Shown: positions 40,510 through 50,983 of the stretch, one piece after another | Layout of the letters: every line of letters starts with the position of its first letter | Position numbering within the stretch: the first letter of the stretch is position 1 | From: a virus | IMG/VR virus record: IMGVR_UViG_3300032236_000679 | Location: 59,006 to 123,005 of that record | DNA length: 64,000 nt | Reading direction: 5' to 3' (one strand) | Notes under the pieces: generated by a model | Database searches by the model: none | What the model saw: only the letters and a program-made list of their open reading frames with translations | Told to the model about the DNA's origin: nothing | Position numbers and translations under genes: made by a program

Positions 40510-41299
40510 TACAGGCGCTGTTATTATTGCTAATAATACAGATAACTTTGACTATATCAAACTAGCAGAAGTTGCAGCAACTAAAATTAAAATAAATCTA
40601 GGTATTCCAGTTGCTTTAATAACAGGTTCTGATATTGAATCTGATATATTTGATAAGATCATTCAACTTGATCCAAAAGAAACTAATAAAAGATACATTA
40701 GAGAATATGCAGGACATGTTTCATGGCTTAACATGGATAGAACTGCTGTTTATGATCTAACTCCTTGGGATAGAACACTGCTGATAGATGCAGATTTCTT
40801 TGTGCATACTGATGCATTGAAAAATCATCTGCTATCTACAGCAGACTTTGCCATTGCAAGAAAGTTATATGATCCAACAACTGGTAACGATTATGTTTTG
40901 AAACTGGGAAAAAGCCAAATTGATCAGCGGTGGGCTACTGTAATGATCTTTAATAAGTCTACAGTTGCTAAATCAATATTTGAAATGGCAAAGCATGTGT
41001 TTGATCATTGGTATTACTATCATAAACTTTATAACTTTAACTTTGCCCCATATAGAAATGATTATGCATTTACTATTGCTTGTCACTTGTTAGGCGGATA
41101 TGGTACTACAGATTTTGACATATCAAATTATACAATGCCTAATTGTGATTTCAACACACGAATAAATCAACTGAACATGGAAAATATTTTAATATCTTAC
41201 GATAAGATAGTGAACACACAGCCTAAAACTTTTGTTCAACGTATAAAGACAGATGTTCACGTACAAAATAAAGCAAGTTTGTTTGGATGTTTATCATGA
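40502..41299 (+). CDS. Glycosyltransferase-like protein (GT-A fold)
   Basis: TPWDRTLLIDADF DxD motif; WATVMIF; RNDYAF. Confidence 0.6.
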   Translation: MSNTGAVIIANNTDNFDYIKLAEVAATKIKINLGIPVALITGSDIESDIFDKIIQLDPKETNKRYIREYAGHVSWLNMDRTAVYDLTPWDRTLLIDADFFVHTDALKNHLLSTADFAIARKLYDPTTGNDYVLKLGKSQIDQRWATVMIFNKSTVAKSIFEMAKHVFDHWYYYHKLYNFNFAPYRNDYAFTIACHLLGGYGTTDFDISNYTMPNCDFNTRINQLNMENILISYDKIVNTQPKTFVQRIKTDVHVQNKASLFGCLS

Positions 41300-42111
41300 C
41301 ACAGGGATTCGTTACTATTGCTTGTAACACAGTAGATATTAACTATCTCGAACATGCATATCAACTTGCTGTTAGTATTAAAGATACACAGAAACAAGTC
41401 ACTGACATTTCAGTTATTGTCAATGACAGTGCAACTGCATTGATTGAAGATAGACATACAAAGATATTTGATAAGATCATTCCAGTCTTTACAGGCAAGT
41501 TAAATCTACGTAAGACCTACAGTCCTGAATATAAAGTTTGTTTCCTCACTCCATATGAACAGACTATCAAAATTGAATCTGACATGATACTGACTTCTAA
41601 TATTGATCATTGGTGGCCAATATTAGATGAGAAAGACATTGTATTAACTGATAAAGTAATGACTTACTGGGGTGAGGTTGTAACTGATAGAAGTCAGCGT
41701 AAGATATTTGACGACAATGATTTGCCAGATGTTTATAGCGGCTTATATTACGTTAGACCAAACGAAGAATCGCATAGATTTTTTGATATTGTCACAGCAA
41801 TCTTTAAGAACTGGCTATGGTTTAGAGATCATTATCTGAAGAATTGTAGATATGAGCAGCCTGTTACAGATGAAGTATTTGCTATTGCTGCAAAGATATA
41901 TGGTGTTGAACGGTGTACTTTAAATAAAGCAAGTATTCCTACATTTGTTCATATGAAGAATACACTACAAAAGATCCCAAAAGATGACAGTTGGTATCGT
42001 TATGTAGACTTTGAACAACGTAATAGCAATACATCTATTGGATATTTTAATCAACTATATCCATTGCATTATCATGATAAAACATTTTTGGATAAACTAA
42101 CAAATGACTGA
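41296..42111 (+). CDS. Glycosyltransferase-like protein, paralog of the preceding gene
   Basis: TPYEQTIKIESDM (degenerate DxD), YSGLYY, TDEVFA, FVHMK; ATGA overlap start at 41296. Confidence 0.55.
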   Translation: MTQGFVTIACNTVDINYLEHAYQLAVSIKDTQKQVTDISVIVNDSATALIEDRHTKIFDKIIPVFTGKLNLRKTYSPEYKVCFLTPYEQTIKIESDMILTSNIDHWWPILDEKDIVLTDKVMTYWGEVVTDRSQRKIFDDNDLPDVYSGLYYVRPNEESHRFFDIVTAIFKNWLWFRDHYLKNCRYEQPVTDEVFAIAAKIYGVERCTLNKASIPTFVHMKNTLQKIPKDDSWYRYVDFEQRNSNTSIGYFNQLYPLHYHDKTFLDKLTND

Positions 42112-42469
42112 AGAAGAATTTTTAAATGAAATTTTCAAACATGTTGTTCTATTAGAATCCAAACCTATAGAATACAGAATCTATTACAATAAAGATACTG
42201 GTAGCATTATATGCTATAGTCAAGAAGACTTAGCGGGTGATTATATTCTAGTTACTGAACAAGAATATATGAATTTTAATACAGAAATTTTTATTGTTGA
42301 AGACGGAAAATTAGTTAGAAAAGACATCTACATACAAAACAAACTACAGGTGCAGAAAGAAGAGTTTAAGAATTCAATTAGAACATTTGCATCTATTAAG
42401 AATGATAAACAATTTGCAGTAGATAGTGAATATACTAACCCAACTGATATTTGGAATTTAAATGAGTGA
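42104..42469 (+). CDS. Hypothetical protein
   Basis: 121-aa ORF coupled to both neighbours. Confidence 0.6.
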   Translation: MTEEEFLNEIFKHVVLLESKPIEYRIYYNKDTGSIICYSQEDLAGDYILVTEQEYMNFNTEIFIVEDGKLVRKDIYIQNKLQVQKEEFKNSIRTFASIKNDKQFAVDSEYTNPTDIWNLNE

Positions 42470-43406
42470 TACAATTGACATAAGTGAAATTGATTGTGTT
42501 TATCTAAGTTATGATGAACCACGTGCTGATGAGTTTTGGGCAAAGATACAGAGTCAAGTACCGTGGGCTAAACGTGTACACAATGTAAAAGGTAGCGATG
42601 CTGCTCATAAAGCCGCTGCCGCTGCCAGTGATACCGAACGCTTTATTCTTATCGACGGTGATAACTTACCAAATTGGGAATTCTTTAATCAACAGTTACG
42701 CATAACTGAAATAAACAAGGAAAGTGTATTCCGTTGGAGAGCCATTAACGAAATTAATGGTCTCACTTATGGTAATGGTGGCATTAGTTGTTGGACTCGT
42801 GACTTCATCAACACGATGCGTACACATGAATCAACTGATGGCAGCGATGACACAGTAGTTGAATTCTGTTTTGATAATCGTTACTGGGCAATGCATGATG
42901 TTTGGAGTTACACATATCCAAATCAAAGTCAGTATCATGCTTGGCGTGCAGGATTTAGAGAGGGTGTTAAAATGTGTTTGGATCAAGGACGCAGACCAAC
43001 ACCCGAAGAATTTGACACTGCGGTTTGGTATGGCAACAAGTTTAGTCTGGAAGTTTGGTGTACTCTAGGCAGAGATGTTGAGTATGGCGAATGGGCGATA
43101 TATGGTGCTAGATATGGTGCATATAAGTGTATGTTCGAGGACAGTTGGGATTATACTGAAGTAAGAGATTTTGACAAATTGAATGAAATATATCAAAATA
43201 TTTTACCTAGCGAAGCAGAAAAGAACAGCGAATACCACGCTAGTATCTTGACAAATCGTCTTGGTTTAAATATAGTAGAAGTAACAGCCGATCAAAGTTC
43301 GTGGATTAAAAAGCACAACCAGCCTTGGAAGAACATTGATATCATGCTGCCAGAAAGAGATTATGTCAGAGTCATCAACGAAACCGCTAGACAACTCTGG
43401 CGATAA
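42462..43406 (+). CDS. Glycosyltransferase-like protein (GT-A, DGD motif)
   Basis: VYLSYDEP...RVHNVKGSDAAHKAAA...FILIDGDN...AWRAGFREGVK. Confidence 0.6.
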   Translation: MSDTIDISEIDCVYLSYDEPRADEFWAKIQSQVPWAKRVHNVKGSDAAHKAAAAASDTERFILIDGDNLPNWEFFNQQLRITEINKESVFRWRAINEINGLTYGNGGISCWTRDFINTMRTHESTDGSDDTVVEFCFDNRYWAMHDVWSYTYPNQSQYHAWRAGFREGVKMCLDQGRRPTPEEFDTAVWYGNKFSLEVWCTLGRDVEYGEWAIYGARYGAYKCMFEDSWDYTEVRDFDKLNEIYQNILPSEAEKNSEYHASILTNRLGLNIVEVTADQSSWIKKHNQPWKNIDIMLPERDYVRVINETARQLWR

Positions 43407-44805
43407 GAATACAGTAAATTCAGACGGAACACTAAACAGCGGGTTTATGTCGTCCGCTGAACAGATGAAAGAAAAGTTAGGACCAGCACTGTGTCTTGCT
43501 AAGTGGCAGCAGACCAGTCTACATCTAACTACAGGTCATACCAACAGTTGTTATCATCCACCCTTACACAAGATAGAGGTAACTGAACTTGAGAATAACC
43601 CCAGTGCGCTCCATAACACCCCTTACAAGAAGACCCAAAGACACAGGATGTTACGGGGAGAGAAGCCAGAAGAATGTTCATATTGCTGGCGTGCTGAAGC
43701 CACTGGAAACTTATCAGATAGACATTACAGGTCAGGGGAGCCCTGGGCGGCTGAGAGATTTGATGAGATTTTGGTTCAAGATCCCTTAACATGGAATGTG
43801 AATCCTGCTTATGTTGAAGTCAATTTTAGTAATATTTGTAATCTTAGATGTAGTTATTGCAGTCCTCAATTTAGTAGCACATGGGCACAGGAAATCAATC
43901 GACTGGGAGCGTATCCTACCAGTAGTAGACACAATGACCCTCGTCACTTTGTGGGCGAACGCAGTGTTATTCCTAATCGTGACACTAATCCATATGTTGA
44001 TGCTTTTTGGCGTTGGTGGCCCGAACTATATCCTCAACTAAAACATTTCCGTATGACTGGCGGCGAGCCAACTATGGATAAGAATACCTACAGGGTATTT
44101 GATTATGTGTTGGCAAATCCAAAGCCTGATCTACATCTTAATACAACCAGTAACTTCAGTCAGCAGCCTGCTGTATTTGACAAGTACATGGACTATATAA
44201 AGCGACTATGCGAAGGTGAGAACATAGAACACTTTATGCAATTCGTCAGTTTGGATACATGGGGTAAGCAAGCAGAATATATTCGTGATGGGATGGACTT
44301 TGATCTTGTTATTGCGAACGTAGAAAGATTTTTAACAGAAGTACCTTATCGCAATAGTCTTACTTTTATTATTACAATGAGTAATTTAGCCATTCCCAAT
44401 GTGCATAAGTTATTGGAACATATTTTAGAACTTAGACAAAAGCATAGCACAACATATCAACGTATATGGTTTGATACTCCAATTCTTCGTGAACCATTAT
44501 GGCAGACTCCGCGTGGCATGCCTGCTGCATATCAATTTAAACTTCAGCAAACAGTCGATTGGATGAAGACTTCATTAGAAACTTCTGATACACGTTTTAA
44601 AGGTTTTAAAGATTATGAAGTACAACGTCTACAGCGTGTAGTAGATCAAATGAATCCGCAACAGCATCAATTTGCTGATTGGGTCAAAGCAGATTTCTAT
44701 AAATTTTTTAACGAACATGATAAGCGCCGTGGCACTAATTTCCTCAAGACATTTCCTGAAATGAGTGAGTGGTATGACGAGTGCAAATATTGGGCAGAAA
44801 AATGA
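43363..44805 (+). CDS. Radical SAM protein with N-terminal twitch/SPASM-like cysteine domain (1 of 5)
   Basis: CNLRCSYC, MTGGEP; N-terminal CLAKW...SCYHP...CSYCW. ATG at 43363 preferred. Confidence 0.85.
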   Translation: MSESSTKPLDNSGDKNTVNSDGTLNSGFMSSAEQMKEKLGPALCLAKWQQTSLHLTTGHTNSCYHPPLHKIEVTELENNPSALHNTPYKKTQRHRMLRGEKPEECSYCWRAEATGNLSDRHYRSGEPWAAERFDEILVQDPLTWNVNPAYVEVNFSNICNLRCSYCSPQFSSTWAQEINRLGAYPTSSRHNDPRHFVGERSVIPNRDTNPYVDAFWRWWPELYPQLKHFRMTGGEPTMDKNTYRVFDYVLANPKPDLHLNTTSNFSQQPAVFDKYMDYIKRLCEGENIEHFMQFVSLDTWGKQAEYIRDGMDFDLVIANVERFLTEVPYRNSLTFIITMSNLAIPNVHKLLEHILELRQKHSTTYQRIWFDTPILREPLWQTPRGMPAAYQFKLQQTVDWMKTSLETSDTRFKGFKDYEVQRLQRVVDQMNPQQHQFADWVKADFYKFFNEHDKRRGTNFLKTFPEMSEWYDECKYWAEK

Positions 44806-46157
44806 CAAAAAGTAAACTTAAGGACGAAACTTTTCTAGAATATAAAAGACGTGTACTTGATACTAAGAGTGCAAGTTTCTGCGGAGCAAAATGGTACAAT
44901 GCAACTATTTGGCTTGGTAGTGGCATGACTACAAGTTGTCACCATCCTCTACCTCATAAAGTCTCTGTAGAAGAAGTTGTTGCAAATCCTCGTGCATTAC
45001 ATAATACGCCTCAGAAGAAAATGGAACGTCTTATGATGCAGAAAGGGCAACGTCCCAGTGGATGTGAATACTGTTGGAAAATTGAAGACAGTAGTCCAGA
45101 AGCCATCAGCGACAGACCTTATAAGTCAATGATATATACAGAACATGAACTGTGGTTTGCCAATGCGATTCCCAGTGACACAGATATTAATTTAAGAACT
45201 TTAGAGATAGCATTTGATCGTACATGTAACTTTGCTTGTAGTTATTGCAACCCTGCTTTCTCAACAACTTGGGCAAAGGATATAAAACAGAATGGACCTT
45301 ACAACAATCTTACTAGCGATGGTCGTAACCATTTTACTCATGAGCATGGTAGTAGCCAGCTTTATCGCGTGGGCGAAGAAAATCCGTACGTGGAAGCCTT
45401 CTTCAAATGGTGGGAATCAGATCTTAAAGACACCCTCCAAGAGCTTCGGATAACTGGCGGCGAACCAACTATGAGCGCAGACTTTTGGCGCTTGATTGAT
45501 TGGTTCAAAGATAATAAAAGTAATGTGAAACTTGCAATCAATAGTAATCTTGGTGCAAAGCAAGATTTAATTGATCGTCTAATTGCAGCAAGTCATGACA
45601 TCCCACACGTAGAACTCTATACCAGCTGCGAAGCAACAGGATTATCTGCTGAATATATTCGTGACGGTATGGTGTGGCGAGACTGGATTGACAATGTCAA
45701 CAGGTTGGTCGAAGAAGGGAACTTTAAAGCCCTACATGTCATGGCTACGATTAACGGACTTTGTTTGCCAACAATAACAGACTTCTTAGATCTTATTATG
45801 TTAAGCAAAGAACAGTATGGTCGTAATTGGCCCACTGTGACATTAAACATTCTTCGCTTTCCCAGTTTTCAAAGTCCTCTTGTATTGCCAGTTGAATATA
45901 GACAAACAGTAATTACAAAATTGCGTAAGTGGTATATGAAGAATGGAGAAAGTCCTTTACTGCATGAGATGGAACGTGAACATATTCTACGACTGATAAC
46001 TTATCTTGAATCTGTTGAAAGTCCACATGCTGGTGCAAGTGCCATTGAGGATTTACAGAAAGATTTTAAACATTTCTATACACAGTACGATCAACGTCGC
46101 AATAAGAACTTTGAAAAGACATTTCCTGAATTAAAGGCATGGTATAATGGCATATAA
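44802..46157 (+). CDS. Radical SAM/twitch protein (2 of 5)
   Basis: CNFACSYC, ITGGEP; CGAKW...SCHHP...CEYCW; ATGA overlap start. Confidence 0.85.
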   Translation: MTKSKLKDETFLEYKRRVLDTKSASFCGAKWYNATIWLGSGMTTSCHHPLPHKVSVEEVVANPRALHNTPQKKMERLMMQKGQRPSGCEYCWKIEDSSPEAISDRPYKSMIYTEHELWFANAIPSDTDINLRTLEIAFDRTCNFACSYCNPAFSTTWAKDIKQNGPYNNLTSDGRNHFTHEHGSSQLYRVGEENPYVEAFFKWWESDLKDTLQELRITGGEPTMSADFWRLIDWFKDNKSNVKLAINSNLGAKQDLIDRLIAASHDIPHVELYTSCEATGLSAEYIRDGMVWRDWIDNVNRLVEEGNFKALHVMATINGLCLPTITDFLDLIMLSKEQYGRNWPTVTLNILRFPSFQSPLVLPVEYRQTVITKLRKWYMKNGESPLLHEMEREHILRLITYLESVESPHAGASAIEDLQKDFKHFYTQYDQRRNKNFEKTFPELKAWYNGI

Positions 46158-47454
46158 TTATAATGGTAAAGAGCCAATTAAAATAGCAGTTGATGATCTA
46201 AGTGACAAGCACAAGGATCTCATTTTTGAAAATAAAACATTCTGTATGCTGCCATGGATTCATCTGCATAGTTTTCCAACAGGGGAAGCATATCCCTGTT
46301 GTAATACAGAAATGAAATACAAAGTTGGTAACACCAATCAACAAAGCATTAAAGAAATTTGGGATGGAACTGAAATGCAAGACGTTAGAAAACGTATGCT
46401 TGCAGGCGAAAAAGTAGAAGGTTGTAGTCGTTGTTATGAGCAAGAAGATTCTGGGTTCTTCAGTATGAGACTCAGCAGTAACAAACACTTTGGACATCAT
46501 ATTGCATTAACAGATAATCCCACACCTGACATGAAACTTGTCTATTGGGATATTCGTTTTAGCAATTTGTGTAATTTACGTTGTCGTAGTTGTGGACATA
46601 TCTTCAGCAGTAATTGGTATGATGATCAAGCCAAATTAGTTGAAATGGAACATGGCAGTGGAGAGGGTTGGAAAAGTAGACATCAGCGTTTGTACTTTGC
46701 TGGGCGCAGTGAAGATGATATGTGGGATCAACTCAAAGATCAAATTGATAATCTTGAACAAGTTTATTTTGCAGGTGGCGAACCTCTTATTATGGAAGAG
46801 CATTATCGTCTTCTAAATGAATTAATTAAACGTGGTCGTACTGATGTTAGACTTATATACAACACTAACTTTACTGAACTTGCTTACAAGAAAACTAATG
46901 TGCTGAATTTATGGAAAGAATTCAAAAGTGTTAGTGTTGGTGCCAGTTTAGATGCTATGGGCATGAGAGCAGAATACATTCGTAAGAATTGTAATTGGAG
47001 CCAAATTGAACATAACAGAGAAGAAATGTTGCAGATATGTCCCAATGTAGATTTTTATATCAGTCCCACTGTCAGTATTATGAATGCATGGCATGTCAGT
47101 GATTTTCATCGTGCATGGGTTGATATGGGCTTACTAAAGCCGCAAGATTTAAACATTAACATATTGCAGGATCCTGCATATTTTAGAATTGATGTATTAT
47201 CTCAGAAGTTTAAAGAAGAGATAAAAGCAAAGTGGGAAGATCATCTCACATGGTTACGACCTTTAGATGGGTTGACACGTGCCACTACAGGATTTGAAAG
47301 TGCAATTAATTTTATGATGGCAGATGACAAGAGCCATTTACTTCCAAAATTTTGGGATCGCACTAATAAATTAGATAAGATACGTAATGAGTCGCTACTA
47401 GGCGCAATACCGGAGTTATATCATGAGCAAATTATGCATTCTACCATGGGTTAG
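46147..47454 (+). CDS. Radical SAM/twitch protein (3 of 5)
   Basis: CNLRCRSC, FAGGEP; CMLPW...PCC...CSRCY; ends TAG TGT TGA. Confidence 0.85.
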   Translation: MAYNYNGKEPIKIAVDDLSDKHKDLIFENKTFCMLPWIHLHSFPTGEAYPCCNTEMKYKVGNTNQQSIKEIWDGTEMQDVRKRMLAGEKVEGCSRCYEQEDSGFFSMRLSSNKHFGHHIALTDNPTPDMKLVYWDIRFSNLCNLRCRSCGHIFSSNWYDDQAKLVEMEHGSGEGWKSRHQRLYFAGRSEDDMWDQLKDQIDNLEQVYFAGGEPLIMEEHYRLLNELIKRGRTDVRLIYNTNFTELAYKKTNVLNLWKEFKSVSVGASLDAMGMRAEYIRKNCNWSQIEHNREEMLQICPNVDFYISPTVSIMNAWHVSDFHRAWVDMGLLKPQDLNINILQDPAYFRIDVLSQKFKEEIKAKWEDHLTWLRPLDGLTRATTGFESAINFMMADDKSHLLPKFWDRTNKLDKIRNESLLGAIPELYHEQIMHSTMG

Positions 47455-48601
47455 TGTTGAAACTAGTCCATTAGGAGAAATTAAACCCTGCTGTCTTGCT
47501 ATTGATCCAGTTGTTGATAACGATGGTAAAATTTTAAAACTTGCCAACAGTACATTAACTGAAGCATATAACAGTAATTATATGCGTGATCTCAGACAGA
47601 GTTTCTTAAACGGTGAAACTCCAGAGACCTGCAAGCGTTGCTGGGAAGAAGAAGATTCAGGCCGTACAAGCAAGCGTATGCACAGTTTAAATCGCCTTAA
47701 GAATCTTGTACAAGATGTTGATTTTACAGATGTCAACAGCAGTAATTTAATATTCCTTGATCTTAAACTTGGAAACATTTGCAATTTAAAATGTCGCATA
47801 TGCGGTAGTTACAGCAGCAGCAAATGGGCACAGGAAGAAATGGATATTCATCCAGGTAACGAAGTTGCACGTTCTAATCTTGTACAAGGCCGCTGGCCAC
47901 GCGAATCAAAAGAATTTTGGCAAGATCTAATAGATATGTTGCCAAATATTCGCTACATGGAATTCACAGGCGGCGAACCATTCTTAATTGATGAGCATTT
48001 TGATTTACTGGCTAAGGCAGTTGAATTGGGATATGCCAGCAACATTGAAATACATTATAATACTAATACAACTACAGTACCTAAACGCGGGTTAGAGTTA
48101 TGGCCACATTTTAAGATAGTTGAAATCGCATTCAGTATAGATGACATTGGTGAGCGATTTGAATACCAGCGTTATGGTGCAAAGTGGGACATTGCTCAAA
48201 AGAATTTGGAAATATTTAGACAACTAAGAAAAGAATCTCGAAATATCAAATTACAAATTTGTTTAACCATAAACATTCAAAATGTTTACTATCTAGATGA
48301 ATTAATCAATTGGGCTGTGATGCAGAAGTTTGATTATATCTATTTTAATATGCTACATGATATTTGGTACTTTAACATTAAGAATCTAACTCAACGTGCT
48401 AAAGATATGGTCACTGAAAAGTACGCTAACCTTAGTCTTCCTCATCAAGAAGAGTTTGATCGTTTAGTTACTTTTATGAATCAAGGTGAAGGTACTGATT
48501 GCGCCAAGTTAATTAAAATTTTAAAACAAAGTGATCAACAGCGTAATCAAAAATTCTCAGATCATCATCCTGAAATGGCATTGGCAATTGGTTATGAATG
48601 A
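47423..48601 (+). CDS. Radical SAM/twitch protein (4 of 5)
   Basis: CNLKCRIC, FTGGEP; CILPW...PCC...CKRCW. Confidence 0.85.
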   Translation: MSKLCILPWVSVETSPLGEIKPCCLAIDPVVDNDGKILKLANSTLTEAYNSNYMRDLRQSFLNGETPETCKRCWEEEDSGRTSKRMHSLNRLKNLVQDVDFTDVNSSNLIFLDLKLGNICNLKCRICGSYSSSKWAQEEMDIHPGNEVARSNLVQGRWPRESKEFWQDLIDMLPNIRYMEFTGGEPFLIDEHFDLLAKAVELGYASNIEIHYNTNTTTVPKRGLELWPHFKIVEIAFSIDDIGERFEYQRYGAKWDIAQKNLEIFRQLRKESRNIKLQICLTINIQNVYYLDELINWAVMQKFDYIYFNMLHDIWYFNIKNLTQRAKDMVTEKYANLSLPHQEEFDRLVTFMNQGEGTDCAKLIKILKQSDQQRNQKFSDHHPEMALAIGYE

Positions 48602-49895
48602 TTTCTGTCTTGCGCCGTGGACACATACTTACATAAGTCCTCAAGGTGAACGCAGACTTTGTTGCGCCAGTAGAGAACCTGCACAGAACTTTCGTCAGTA
48701 CATAGACACTGATGCAGGTACTGGTCAGTTTACACCACTGAGTCTTAAGTCATGGTGGAATAGTGAACATGTTAGAACAATACGCAGTAAGTGGCTTGCG
48801 GGTGAAATTCCCAGTGCTTGTGAAGTATGTGATAAGAAGTTGCTAAACACTGATGTCTACAAAGATTATTTTGGACACTTGTTTAAACATCTTAGACAAC
48901 AGGCAATAGATTCAACAGATTCTACTGGTTATACAACTATGGAACCTATCAGTTGGGACTATCGTTACAGTAACATTTGCAATTTCAAATGTCGTATGTG
49001 TGGAGACATGCTTAGTAGCAGTTGGGAAAGTGAAGTACTAAACAACCAAATGGTTGATTTGAACAATCCTAAAAATAATTGGTTACGACAAGATAATAGA
49101 CAACTTATAAAAGAATTTGTCAGTAATACAGTTGTTCCAGAGTTTATGGATGCTGTTGAAAATAAAAGCATTCGCGAAATATATTGGGTAGGTGGCGAAC
49201 CTTTATTATATCCGGAGCATTGGCGTGCAATGAATCGCATTGTTGAATTAAACTACGCAGACCAAGTGCGTGTGCGCTATAATACTAACTTAAGTCAAAT
49301 TAATTATAAAGGTAAGAATTTATATGATCTATTGGGAAAATTTAATAACTGGGAAATATGTGCTAGTCTCGATGGGACTGGAAGCGTTGGTGAATACATT
49401 CGCACTGGTCTTGTTTTTGACGACTGGTTGGCTAATTTTCAATTGGGCGTGGAATCGCAAAAACATCATCGTCAGATGCGTATTGACTTCACTCTCACTT
49501 TACCTGGCATGGTTGAATTGGTACGTATTGTATGTTTGGCTAATAGCCTTAGGGTTAACTTGCTTTCAAAGCTTATATTCTCTTTTTCAAACGATATACT
49601 TTTTAGTCCTCTAGCATTACCACGAGATATATTAATTCTATGGATTGAAAAGATACAGGAAGATATACGACCGCATATCACTGCACGTACTCAGTCAGCA
49701 TGGGATACATTAGAGCAACTTAAAACAAGAGCAACTTTTGAAGAAGAATATGGAATGGAATCTGCTGTTAGTGGCAGGAAAAAAGGTAAAGCCCATATAT
49801 TAAAGTTGGAATCTATTAGAAAAGATGCTAAATTAAACATGGAAGATATTCTAAGCGAGTATCAGCCAGCACTAGATTGGTGGAAAAGTATATGA
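48594..49895 (+). CDS. Radical SAM/twitch protein (5 of 5)
   Basis: CNFKCRMC, WVGGEP; CLAPW...LCC...CEVC; ATG at 48594 preferred. Confidence 0.85.
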   Translation: MNDFCLAPWTHTYISPQGERRLCCASREPAQNFRQYIDTDAGTGQFTPLSLKSWWNSEHVRTIRSKWLAGEIPSACEVCDKKLLNTDVYKDYFGHLFKHLRQQAIDSTDSTGYTTMEPISWDYRYSNICNFKCRMCGDMLSSSWESEVLNNQMVDLNNPKNNWLRQDNRQLIKEFVSNTVVPEFMDAVENKSIREIYWVGGEPLLYPEHWRAMNRIVELNYADQVRVRYNTNLSQINYKGKNLYDLLGKFNNWEICASLDGTGSVGEYIRTGLVFDDWLANFQLGVESQKHHRQMRIDFTLTLPGMVELVRIVCLANSLRVNLLSKLIFSFSNDILFSPLALPRDILILWIEKIQEDIRPHITARTQSAWDTLEQLKTRATFEEEYGMESAVSGRKKGKAHILKLESIRKDAKLNMEDILSEYQPALDWWKSI

Positions 49896-50983
49896 CTGTA
49901 ATTGTCACTGTTAGAAATCCTGTAACTAAATCAGATTATTTACAACTCTATATTGAGCCAAATAGTTCAGAATTGGCACAGGATTGGCAATTGGCTCTTG
50001 CAAGAGAATTACAGAAGAAAAGTCCAATTGAGAAAAATTATTGTTGGCATGGATGGCCCGATAGTCAGCGTAATTTAGAATTTTTATGTGCTGAACTTAA
50101 CAAACATATTAAAAGATTAAATGAAAATCTAAAAGGATATAAGACAATTGATCTTATTGATCCATCTACAATCATGCTGCCATTAACTGGCATTAATGAA
50201 GATGGTAAACGTGGCGGCAGTGTAAATCACGATGTTATGAATCTAGTTCATAATCATTTTGAAATTTTACAGGGAACTGTTGGCAATATGAGTCATTGGT
50301 ATAAGGAAGCCAATCCTAAGACAAAATATAGCATTAGACAACTTAACAATCTATGTCATGAAATTGAAACTCTCTGCTTGAGTATTCGTAAGAAGTTTTA
50401 TACACCTGAATGGATTAGACCCAGTAGCATTGTAACTTTTCTAAATGCACAGCGATTTAGATTGAATGATATTCATAGACAGGGGTTCCTAACTAACAGT
50501 TATGATAGACGTTTTGGTTATATCTACATGCACTGGGCACAGATTGGTAAAACTCTTTACGAAGTATTTCGTGATGAAAATGGTGCAGACATAGATCAGG
50601 CAGTATGTGATGCAATAACTCATCTTGAATACTACAGTGGTGAGTTTGACATTGAATGGGGCAAAGATGTCACATATAATAACGATCAGCCTTGGCATAC
50701 TAAAGAAATGAATGCATTCAATGAATGGTTAATTCGTAATAGATTTAATCCTAAGGATCCTAATCTAAGTCTTGGCTATTTAGAAATTGGGCACATTGAT
50801 TTAAAGCGTAGTTTTGGCACAACAGATATGTTTAAGATTTGGGAAATTATGAATAACAGGCTTGATATCTACAGTATTGAATGTATGGGTAATACTGCTT
50901 ATTATGATTACAGTTGGGCTGATGATGATCACGAAGAAAAGCAAATTGAATTTTTAATTCCTGGCTACAAATCGCATGTATGA
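49892..50983 (+). CDS. Hypothetical protein in the radical SAM operon
   Basis: About 363 aa, coupled by ATGA overlap; His/Glu motifs (HNHFE, LCHEIE) but no family recognised. Confidence 0.6.
   Translation: MTVIVTVRNPVTKSDYLQLYIEPNSSELAQDWQLALARELQKKSPIEKNYCWHGWPDSQRNLEFLCAELNKHIKRLNENLKGYKTIDLIDPSTIMLPLTGINEDGKRGGSVNHDVMNLVHNHFEILQGTVGNMSHWYKEANPKTKYSIRQLNNLCHEIETLCLSIRKKFYTPEWIRPSSIVTFLNAQRFRLNDIHRQGFLTNSYDRRFGYIYMHWAQIGKTLYEVFRDENGADIDQAVCDAITHLEYYSGEFDIEWGKDVTYNNDQPWHTKEMNAFNEWLIRNRFNPKDPNLSLGYLEIGHIDLKRSFGTTDMFKIWEIMNNRLDIYSIECMGNTAYYDYSWADDDHEEKQIEFLIPGYKSHV

Noticed and set aside
43363-49895. Radical SAM genes as pyrrolysine biosynthesis (PylB) supporting the Pyl-like tRNA
   Set aside because: They carry twitch/SPASM-type cysteine domains rather than the BioB/PylB-like architecture, and no PylC, PylD or PylS-like genes are visible.
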